Shown: piece by piece, positions 19,130 through 27,646 of the stretch
Layout of the letters: every line of letters begins with the position of its first letter
Numbering within the stretch: position 1 is the stretch's first letter
Assembly (NCBI GenBank): GCA_963763775.1
Contig: CAVXPZ010000004.1
Location: 96,001-160,000, forward strand
From: an uncultured Chloroflexia bacterium
GTDB lineage: Bacteria > Chloroflexota > Limnocylindria > Limnocylindrales > CSP1-4
Length of the DNA stretch: 64,000 nucleotides
Reading direction: 5' to 3'
Made by a program: the position numbers and the translations under genes
Notes under the pieces: model-generated
What the model saw: only the letters and a program-made list of their open reading frames with translations
Databases searched by the model: none
What the model was told of the DNA's origin: nothing

Positions 19130-20095
19130 TCAGGCGGACTTGCGCCGGCGGGCGGGCTTGGCGTTCTCGGCGGCGGCGTCCTCGGCCCCGGTGTCTTCGG
19201 TCTCGGCGGCCTCGGCTGCGTCGTCCTTGGCCTTCGCGGCCGTCTTGGCCTTGGCCGTCTTGGCGGCCTTCGCGTCCGCGACGGACACCGGCGCCTCGTT
19301 GCTCGCCTCGCGCTTGGCCTTCGCGTCGGCGACCGACGCCTCGAGGGCGGCCATCAGGTCGATGAGGTTGCCGGTCTCCTCGGGCTGCTCGATCTCGACC
19401 GTCTCCTGGCCCTGGACCTTGGCCTCGATGATGGTCTCGAGCGCCTCGCGGTACTCGTCCTTGTACTGCGCGGGGTCGAACTCGCCGGTCATCGCCGACA
19501 CGAGCTGCTGGGCCATCGCGACCTCGGCCGGCTTGAACGTGAAGTCCTCGTCGGGGAGGTCGAGCTCCTTGGTCGAGCGGATCTCGTCGGGCCAATGGAG
19601 TGTCGTCAGCAGCATCGTGTCGCTGAACGGGTCCAGCGCCGCGAGCGCCTCGCGGTCCTTGATGACGACCTTGCAGATCGCCGTCAGGCCGTCCGCTTCC
19701 AGCACGGACTTGAGCAGGTAGAACGCCTTGCGGCCGATCTTGTCGGGCTCGAGGTAGTAGGCGCTCTTCACGAACCGCACCGCCGCGTCATCGCGCTGGG
19801 CCTTCGTGAACTGCTCGATCTCGATGGAGCGGACCGTCTTGAGCGGGACGCGGTCGAGGTCCTCGTCCGTGATCACGACGTACTCGCCAGGCGAATACTC
19901 GTAGCCCTTGACGGTGTCGCCGCGGGAGATCGGCTCGTCCTCGACCGGGCACCAGACCTTCATCTGGATCCGCGACAGGTCGTCCTTGTGGAGCATGTTG
20001 AAGCTGATGCCCTTCGACTCCGTCGCGAGGTACAGCTTCACCGGGATGGTGACCAGCCCGAACTGGATGGCCCCCTTCCACATCGCTCGCGCCAC
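19130..20095 (-). CDS. ku: NHEJ Ku protein
   Basis: MARAMWKGAIQFGLVTIPVKLY, KGYEY, YYLEPD, FDPAQYKDEY, DLMAALEAS; Ala/Lys-rich tail. Confidence 0.95.
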   Translation of the reverse strand: MARAMWKGAIQFGLVTIPVKLYLATESKGISFNMLHKDDLSRIQMKVWCPVEDEPISRGDTVKGYEYSPGEYVVITDEDLDRVPLKTVRSIEIEQFTKAQRDDAAVRFVKSAYYLEPDKIGRKAFYLLKSVLEADGLTAICKVVIKDREALAALDPFSDTMLLTTLHWPDEIRSTKELDLPDEDFTFKPAEVAMAQQLVSAMTGEFDPAQYKDEYREALETIIEAKVQGQETVEIEQPEETGNLIDLMAALEASVADAKAKREASNEAPVSVADAKAAKTAKAKTAAKAKDDAAEAAETEDTGAEDAAAENAKPARRRKSA

Positions 20096-20250
20096 GGCAC
20101 AACCTCAGGCTTCGCGCCGATCGCCCACGAGTCTCCGGCCCAGGGCTGTCGGGACCGTCACCTTAGCGCACGAGCGCAACCAGCGACGTCGACGCGGCGG
20201 CGCCGAGCGTCAAAGCGACGTGACAGCCGCGACCGGACGGGACGGCGGTC

Positions 20251-22713
20251 CTACCTCGCGACGAGGAGCGCGTCGAGCTGGGCGGTCCCGGATGTGACCA
20301 CCTTCAGCGAGATGCGGTGGGCGCCCACGCTGCCGAACGCCGCGGTGTAGACGATGCGGTGCGGGTGGTACGCACCGCTGCGCAGGTTCACGGTCCGCTT
20401 GTAGACCCCGTCGACGTAGACGGCGATCTTCGCGCGACCCGGACCGATCGGCGCGACGACCGAGACGCTCCGGCCGGTGAACGAGGACGACATCACCGAG
20501 CCCTTTCGCGTCGAGCCGTGCAGCGTCTTGCGGATCGCGACGCCCGACGTGGTCCGGCCCCAGGCGGGCGAGTACTTGATCGTCGATGATCGATCATCGA
20601 CGATGCCGACGGTGATCGGGTTGGTCGGGGCGACCCAGTCGCTCCAATTGCCGACGCCGTCCTTGGCGCGGAGGCGGGCTTCATACGTGGTGCCGACCGC
20701 GAGCGCGCGGGTCAGCGAGCGCGCGGACGCGGCCAGGGAGGTCGCCGTGCCCCACTCCCCGCCGTCGGCGCGGAGCTGGATCTGGTACCCGCTGATACCG
20801 GTCGACGGGTCCGTCGCGGCGGCCCACGTGAAGGTGATCGGCGCGCGGGTGTTGCTCGCGGAGCCGCCGCTGACCGTGGGCCGCGCGGCGTGCGCCGTCG
20901 GCTTGTCGTTCTCGACCACCACGGTCGCCGTCGCGGTGTCCGTGCGGCCCTGATTGGTCGCTGTGACCGTGAGGCGGTACGTGCCGGCGGGCGTCGGGTC
21001 TGGCGCGGTCACGCTCAGGCTCGTGCTGTTCGCGGTCCAGCCCAGCAGGCTCGACGTGGCGAGGGTCGCCTTCCAGCCGGCCGGGATGTCGGACACGGCC
21101 AGCCGGACGCGCTCGAAGAACGTGGTGCTTCGCGACAGCGTGATCGGCACGACGGTCACCCCGCCTGGCTCGCCCAGGAGCGGCGGGGTCCCGGCGGCCA
21201 CCGAGAACGTCCCGAGCGGGCCGATCCGGGAGACGTCGAGCAGCTTCTCGTGCTTGGAATCCGGGTCGGTGGAGGTCTTCCAGTCGAGGTTGCCGAGGTA
21301 CTGGAGCGCCTCCTTGACCTCCTTCGGCGTCGCGTTCGGACGACTCGACTTGTAGAGCGCGACCGCGCCGGTGACTGCCGGGGCCGCCATCGACGTGCCC
21401 GAGGAGTAGGCATAGGTCGGTCCCGGCTTGGTGGACCAGATGCATTTGCCCGGGGCGATCAGGTCGACATCCGCGCCGTAGTTGCTGAAGTCCGCGAACG
21501 TGTCGTCCTTGTCGTAGCCGCCCCACGAGTAGCAGCGCTTGCCGCCCAGGCCGCCTGGCTTGCCATCCGTATCGGCCAGGGCCGAGACCGTGATGACCTC
21601 GTCATACGAGGCCGGGATCTTGTGCGACGCGTTAGCGTGATCGTTCGCGGCCGCCGCGACCACCGTGATGCCACCGGCGACGAGCCGGCAGATCGCCTGG
21701 TGGAGGATGTCCTTGTTCGTCTTGCCGCAGTTGTGGTCGTCCGACCCGGCCTTCGCCACGCTCATGTTCACGGCCTCGAAGAGCGGCCGCGAGGCGTCGT
21801 GGGGATCGCGCTGCGCCAGGATCCAGTCGAGCCCGCAGACGTACCACGAGAGCTTGCCGTAGCCGTCGGCGTTGAGGATCCTGACCGCCCACAGCCGGGC
21901 GCCCGGGGCGACGCCGACGACGCCGATGTTGTTGTCGAGCGCCGCGACCGTGCCGGCGACGTGCGTCCCGTGGCCGTTCGCGTCGGCCCAGTTCGAGCGG
22001 TTCGTGGTGGAGCAGTTGTAGCCACCGGCGATGTTGAGGTCCGGATGCGGTCCGATCCCCGTGTCGACGATGGCGACATCGGCATCGACGCGCTGGTCCG
22101 AGCCGTCGATGGCGGCAACGGTCGAGGTCCGGGCTCCGACCCGGGCGACGCCGGTCGGGATCGTCTGCGCGGTGATCTTGATGATCTCGTCGGGCACGAC
22201 CGCGACGACGTTGGGGTCGCGGGCGAGCGCGCGGCGCTGGGCCAGGTCGAGATGCGCCGTGAAGGCGTGCGCCACCTTGGTGAACTCGCGGCCGGCGTCG
22301 ATGCCGTCCGTGACCTCGTGCTTGTCGACGACCTCGGCCGTGTCCGCGGTCGACTTGAGGACGACGATGTACTGGCCCGCCACGCTGAGGCCGCCGTTGG
22401 GCGCCGAGGCCGCGGGCTTCGTCGGAACGGGCGTGGTGCCATCGGGTGCGGCGTCGGGCGTCGTCGCCGGGTTCGGGTCCGGGGTCGTGGCCGGGTCCGC
22501 GACGGGCGGAACCACCGGGTCCGGGTTCACCGCAGGCGTGGGATCGGGTGCCGACGTCGGGTCGGCGGCCGGTGATGGATCGGGGGTCGGCGTGGGCTCG
22601 ACCGTCGGCGGATCCGAGGGTGTCAGCGCCGGATCGGGCTCCGCCGCGCTCGCCGGACCGGCCGAGAAGACGACCAGGGCAGCGAACAAGATGGCGGGGA
22701 GCCGGCGACGCAT
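20251..22713 (-). CDS. Secreted S8 subtilisin-like peptidase (Pro-rich linker, I9 propeptide, Fn3-like and jelly-roll C-terminal domains)
   Basis: Signal peptide MRRRLPAILFAALVV; VAIVDTG, HGTHVAGT, GTSMAAP triad; GGAG RBS. Confidence 0.9.
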   Translation of the reverse strand: MRRRLPAILFAALVVFSAGPASAAEPDPALTPSDPPTVEPTPTPDPSPAADPTSAPDPTPAVNPDPVVPPVADPATTPDPNPATTPDAAPDGTTPVPTKPAASAPNGGLSVAGQYIVVLKSTADTAEVVDKHEVTDGIDAGREFTKVAHAFTAHLDLAQRRALARDPNVVAVVPDEIIKITAQTIPTGVARVGARTSTVAAIDGSDQRVDADVAIVDTGIGPHPDLNIAGGYNCSTTNRSNWADANGHGTHVAGTVAALDNNIGVVGVAPGARLWAVRILNADGYGKLSWYVCGLDWILAQRDPHDASRPLFEAVNMSVAKAGSDDHNCGKTNKDILHQAICRLVAGGITVVAAAANDHANASHKIPASYDEVITVSALADTDGKPGGLGGKRCYSWGGYDKDDTFADFSNYGADVDLIAPGKCIWSTKPGPTYAYSSGTSMAAPAVTGAVALYKSSRPNATPKEVKEALQYLGNLDWKTSTDPDSKHEKLLDVSRIGPLGTFSVAAGTPPLLGEPGGVTVVPITLSRSTTFFERVRLAVSDIPAGWKATLATSSLLGWTANSTSLSVTAPDPTPAGTYRLTVTATNQGRTDTATATVVVENDKPTAHAARPTVSGGSASNTRAPITFTWAAATDPSTGISGYQIQLRADGGEWGTATSLAASARSLTRALAVGTTYEARLRAKDGVGNWSDWVAPTNPITVGIVDDRSSTIKYSPAWGRTTSGVAIRKTLHGSTRKGSVMSSSFTGRSVSVVAPIGPGRAKIAVYVDGVYKRTVNLRSGAYHPHRIVYTAAFGSVGAHRISLKVVTSGTAQLDALLVAR

Positions 22714-22774
22714 GGGCGCTCCATCGTGCTGGGGCATCGGGAGGAGCACGGGCCATCTGGCGTCCTCCGCGCTC

Positions 22775-23000
22775 CTACCCAGTCTCCCCCACGAGGCAAG
22801 TCGTGCCTACCGCCCCTTCGTCCCGGTACCCACTAGCCCCTCCGGGCGAGCCGAGAGGCCGATCTGACGGCGGCCGGGAGATGTCGTGCCTGCAGGGATC
22901 GAGGGAGCCGCCCGGCACACGGGCAGGACGGTCCTCACCCCAGGGATGCGGCTCCCGCCTCAGGACTTCGCGAGGTGGACATTCGCCGACGGACGGGTAG
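22775..23000 (-). ncRNA. Putative structured leader RNA or riboswitch-like element upstream of the S8 peptidase (partial c-di-AMP riboswitch resemblance)
   Basis: Terminal pairing CUACCC-GUC/GAC-U-GGGUAG; perfect 9-bp GGGAGCCGC/GCGGCUCCC stem; UGGGGUGA and CCGUCAG segments. Confidence 0.4.
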
Positions 23001-23670
23001 CGGGGCGGCAGACGTGACGACGTCGTGGCAGCGATCTCGCGCTCGCCCGGCGAACCCGCGTCGACCGAGACCGGATCGTGGCTGGCCTGGACTTCGGCGG
23101 CGGTCGGCCAGGGCCGTCGGTCTCGCGGTGTACGAGTAGGTCGTGAAGAACGTTCCGCAAACCGATCCGAGACACCGGTGAAATGCTCCGTGCCGTCGCG
23201 CGGAAGCGCGACTGTTCGGGTCGACGTGGTTTCGACACGTGTCGATACCCAGCAGCCGACGAGGCGCCGGCGGCATAGCCGCGATCGCCACGCTCCCTGC
23301 GGCCGCAGGTACCGGAGGATGCTCGCCGATGACCACGACGGAGCCAGCCGACGCAGCATGCCGGACGAGCACGAAGGCGGCGATGGTCGATGGCGGTCGA
23401 AGTCTGAGCACCTCACGGCGTTGCGAAGTCACGGTGTGGCTTCCTGGCGGCCAGGGCGGACTCGCCATTCACCCGGCCGAGCTGGGCGACCGGACGGCCG
23501 CGGGCCGTCGGGCGCCGGGCCTCTGCTCTCTCCGTCGCGGGCATCGTCGGAAATCGACCCGATGCCTCACAAGTGGGAAATCGGTCACCGATCGGGCGAT
23601 TCTTGCCACTCCGGGGTGGGAGCGATCGCGTTCATGGCCGCCCGTTTCGGACGAGCCGGACGCCGTCTGA

Positions 23671-24701
23671 CTAGTTGTCGGTCGCGACGATCGGGGCGTA
23701 CTTCCGCCGGTAGGCAGACGGCGTCATGCCGGTGGTCCGCTTGAAGAGCCGGCGGAAGAAGCGTCGGATCCTCATAGCCCACCGAGTACCCGACGTCATC
23801 GACGCGTGCCGCGATCCGGTCTCGAGGAGCTGGCGTGCCTCCTCGATCCGCACGGCGTGGACATAGTCGATCGGCCGACGGCCGGTCGCCGCCGCGAAGC
23901 GACGGGCGAACGTCCGGCTGGTCAGACCCGAACGCTCGGCGATCGGCGGCGACCGGGTTCGAGGCGCGCGTAGTTCTCCGAGATCCACTCGAGGCATGCC
24001 CGGATCACGGCGTCATCGGTCCGGGTCAGCCGCGTCATCGCCGTGAACGGCAACTGCCCGTCCTCGTGTCCTGCGAGGAGGTAGACCTTCGCGGTCCGCG
24101 ATGCATGTTCCGGGCCGCAGAACCTCGCGATCAGGCGGAGGGCCAGGTCCTGCCACGAGGTGACGCCGCCAGCCGTGATCAGGCCATCGTCTTCGCTCGA
24201 GAGGTCCAGGATCGCTCCGGGCTACGAACCGGATCTTCGGGTAGGCGGACTCGAACAGCTCCCGGTACGCCCAGTGGCCGGCACACGACCGACCATCGAG
24301 CAGGCCCGACTCGGCGAGGAGCAGTGAGCCCGTGCACACGGTGGCCACCAGGGTGCCGCGACCGTGCATCCGTTGCAGCCATGCCGTTTCGACGGCGAAG
24401 CGATCCCCGGGCGGCGTGTCGATGGGCGTGTACATGTCGCAGACGACCACTGCGTCGACATCGTCGACGTCCGCGAGGGCCGCGTGCGGTTCCACGGGGA
24501 TGCTCCCGAAGCAGCGGAATGGCTCCGCGCGATGCCGCGACGATGGAAACGTCGAGCAGCGGGTCACCGGTCGTCGGCCGCGGTCATGTCCGGCCACATC
24601 GGGCCGACGGACATGAGCACGTCGTAGAGCCCGTAGAGGACCGACGCGGACGTCTCCGGCGCCGCGAGGAGCGCGATGCGAGGTCGGCGTGTCGGTGTCA
24701 T
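23671..24701 (-). CDS. GlxA-family (DJ-1/PfpI + AraC) transcriptional regulator, several frameshifts
   Basis: ATVCTGSLLLAESGLLDGR, RTFARRFAAATG, RIEEARQLLE, GYED, FRRLFKRTTGMTPSAYRR spread over several frames. Confidence 0.8.
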
Positions 24702-24800
24702 GTTTGTCCCGACTCTGTGGATTTCGACTCTTCCAGCATGGCAGCCCGACATCGAGACTGTCAGCGTCCAGCGACGACGATCGAGGGCGAGGGAACGATC

Positions 24801-26198
24801 ATGACGTTCGAGGCCCCGGCCGCCGCGAAGCTGCGCTCGACGCGTCCGGGGACGGGTGCTGGTCCGAGGGCGACCCGGACTACGATGTCGCTCGCCGCGT
24901 CTGGAACGGCATGATCGACAAGCGTCCCGCGCCTCATCGTGCAGGCGTGCCGGCGCGGATGACGTCGCGCCGACGATCGCGTTCGCCCGCGAGACTGGGC
25001 CTGCCGCTCGCGATCCGTGGCGGGGGCCACAACGTCGCGGGCCACGGGACCGTGGATGACGGGATCCTCCTGGACATGGGCCGCCTGACGGCCGTCGAGG
25101 TCGACCCCGACACGCGACCGGTCCGCGTCGGAGCGGGAGCGACCCTCGCCGACATCGATCGCGCGACCGAGCCCTTCGGGCTGGCGGTGCCGGTCGGGGT
25201 GGTTTCCGGGACGGGCATCGCCGGCCTCACGCTCGGCGGTGGCGTCGGCTGGCTCACCCGCCGATACGGGCTGACCATCGACAACCTCGTCGAGGCTGAC
25301 ATCGTCCTCGCCACGGGCGAGCTGATCCGGGCGAGCGCCGAGGAGCACCCGGACCTGTTCTGGGGCCTGCGCGGCGGCGGCGGCAACTTCGGGGTCGTGA
25401 CCTCGTTCACGTTCCGCGCCCACCCACTCGGCCCGGAGGTCTTCGCCGGCACGCTCATCTACGAACGCCCGCGCTGGGACGCTGCGCTCGCGCGCCTACG
25501 CGGAGTGGACGGCCGACGCCCCCGACGAGGTGACCACGCTGATCACCTTCATGGTCCCGCCCGTCGACTGGGAGCTGGGTGACCGCGTGCTGATGTTCCT
25601 CGGCTTCGCGTGGGCGGGACCCGATCGGCGCGAGGGCGAGGCGGTGATCGGCCGACTGCAGGCCGCCTGCCCGCCTGACGTCGCGGTCACGGACCCGACA
25701 CGCTGGGTCACGTTCCAGTCGGCGTTCGATGCGGCGATGCCGAAGGGCGTCCGCGCGTACTGGCGAAACGCCTGGTTCGAGCGAACTGGACGGCGACGTC
25801 ATCGACGCCCTGACGGAGGGCTGCGGAGCGCAATCGTGGTTCGGGACGGCCGCGGACCTTCACCACATGGGCGGGGCGTTCGGGCGGGTCCCGCGAGGAC
25901 GCCACCGCGTTCCCGGATCGGTCAGCCTCGTTCTGGCTCAACATCTACGGGTTCTGGCCCGATGCCGCAGACGACCCGGCGCGCATCGCCTGGGTCAAGG
26001 CGTTCTCCGACGCCGTTCGGCCGCACGCCATGACCAAGCAGTACGTCAACTTCCTGGGCGAGGACGACGACCCCGCGCTCCAGAAGGCGTTGTCCGTCTA
26101 CGGGCCGTCGAAGCTGGATCGGCTGCGGTCGCTCAAGCGCCGCTACGACCCGCAGAACCTGTTCCGCGATCAACCACAACATCCCGCCCGACGCCTGA
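24801..26198 (+). CDS. FAD-binding oxidoreductase (BBE/vanillyl-alcohol oxidase family), several frameshifts
   Basis: YDVARRVWNGMIDKRP, IRGGGHNVAG, GLTLGGGVGWL, LFWGLRGGGGNFGVVT, YVNF, KRRYDPQNLF..NHNI. Confidence 0.85.
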
Positions 26199-26218
26199 GG
26201 TCGGCCGGGCTCTCCTGC

Positions 26219-27508
26219 CTAGGTGGTGGAGATCTCGGCTTCGGCCTCGGCCACCTTGAGCAGGATGTTCGAGCGCATGGTCTCGAGCCCGGTCCAGACC
26301 GCCTTGGTCGCGTTCGAGATGGACGTCAGCGAGGCCTTCAGCGTCCGAACCTGGTCGAGCTGCTCGCGGATCCCCGTGAGCGCGGCCGCGATGGCCGCGG
26401 GGTCGAGCTCGACCTCGTGCTCGGCGAGCGACGTCAGCGCCAGGAGGCGCGCCAGGCGGACCGCCGCCTCGAGCGTGGCCGGCTCCGGCCCGTCCGGGTC
26501 GACGACGCAGTAGACGTCGTCGCCGACGAGGCTGAACGGCGCGACCCCGGCCGGCGCGTGGGCCGGCGTGAAGATCGCCAGTCCCACGGCCGCGCCGCGG
26601 TTCTCCTTCGCCTCGCGAAGCTCCTCGCGGATGGCCCGCATCGACATCGGGCGGTCCTTCGCCTCGATGACGACCCGAAGGTCGCAGCCGCGCGCCACCC
26701 GCGCGTCGACGGTCAGCACGAAGTCGCCCTTCTTGGATTTGAGCACGGCCCCGGTCTCCGTGCCGGTCCGGTCCAGGAGGTCGCCCGCGCCGCGGGCCAG
26801 CTCGCCGAGCATCGTCTCGAGGAGGTCCTCGAAGTCGGCACCCTTCGCCGCGGACTTGGCACGCTCGGCGCCGCGGGCCGCGGCGGCGGCCTCGATGGCG
26901 ACCAGCCGCTCCTCGAGGCTCTTGAAGCCCGCCGTCATCTCCATCCGGAACTGGTGCATCGGCGAGTTGAGTCGCGTCGGGTCGAGGAGATGGGCCAGCT
27001 TCGAGGCATCGCCGTCGAAGTAGGTCTCGAGCATCCGGCCGATCCGGCCGATGGCGCTGTCGCGCTTGGTCTCGTCGAAGAGCTCGTCGACCATGCCCCG
27101 CAGCGCCCCTCGGTCGCCGAGGAAGCGCTCGAGCGTGCGGGGCAACCGCCCGTCGCCGTCGGCGAAATTGGTCCGGAGCGTCTGCTCCAGCGTCGCGGCG
27201 GCCCGCTCATTGACTTGCTCGGCCTGGCGCACGAGACGCTCGAACTCGGCCTTCACGACATCGACGTTGACGGTGACGCCCGCGTCCTGGAGCGCGAGCA
27301 GGCCGATGCGCAGGCCGCGCTCGACCAGGGCGGGGCGGTCGTCGCCGGGCCGCTCGGCCAGGAAGCCGGCGAGCGCGGGGTCCGTGACGACGAGCCGCTC
27401 GATAAGGATCCGGTCGCCGTCGAGGCGGACGCGGGTCGGCAACGAGGTGGGTTCCGCGCTCGGCACGGAAGTCGGCGTTGGCAGCGGTCGGATGACGGCG
27501 GTGTCCAT
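26219..27508 (-). CDS. Coiled-coil PD-(D/E)XK nuclease-fold protein (RmuC/DUF2130-like)
   Basis: Long helical N-terminus, then KGADFE...TG...KKGDFV...VIEAKD restriction-endonuclease-like motif. Confidence 0.65.
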   Translation of the reverse strand: MDTAVIRPLPTPTSVPSAEPTSLPTRVRLDGDRILIERLVVTDPALAGFLAERPGDDRPALVERGLRIGLLALQDAGVTVNVDVVKAEFERLVRQAEQVNERAAATLEQTLRTNFADGDGRLPRTLERFLGDRGALRGMVDELFDETKRDSAIGRIGRMLETYFDGDASKLAHLLDPTRLNSPMHQFRMEMTAGFKSLEERLVAIEAAAAARGAERAKSAAKGADFEDLLETMLGELARGAGDLLDRTGTETGAVLKSKKGDFVLTVDARVARGCDLRVVIEAKDRPMSMRAIREELREAKENRGAAVGLAIFTPAHAPAGVAPFSLVGDDVYCVVDPDGPEPATLEAAVRLARLLALTSLAEHEVELDPAAIAAALTGIREQLDQVRTLKASLTSISNATKAVWTGLETMRSNILLKVAEAEAEISTT

Positions 27509-27515
27509 GTCCGGC

Positions 27516-27550
27516 ACGTTGACGGTGCGCCGTGACACCTTGCGTGTCAC
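27516..27550 (-). promoter_or_regulatory. Palindromic operator and probable leaderless promoter of the RmuC-like gene
   Basis: GTGACAC-N5-GTGTCAC (27532-27550); minus strand TGTCAC-N10-CAACGT-N7-ATG. Confidence 0.5.
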
Positions 27551-27646
27551 TTCCGATCGCCGGTTCTCGATCCGCGTCCTATCATGTCGCGGCCGCCGCG
27601 GCGATCGAGCCACGACGTGCCTGCTCACGACCGTCGTCGAGGGGAC

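Noticed and set aside
22440-22640. Repetitive DNA at the 5' end of the S8 peptidase
   Set aside because: It encodes an ordinary Pro/Thr/Asp-rich linker rather than a separate element.
23671-26198. glxA and the FAD oxidase as true pseudogenes (likewise aceB, eis, ligD and others)
   Set aside because: Single-base indels occur in many unrelated genes with intact motifs and no accumulation of in-frame stops, which fits long-read error. Real decay of this especially indel-rich pair cannot be fully excluded without reads.
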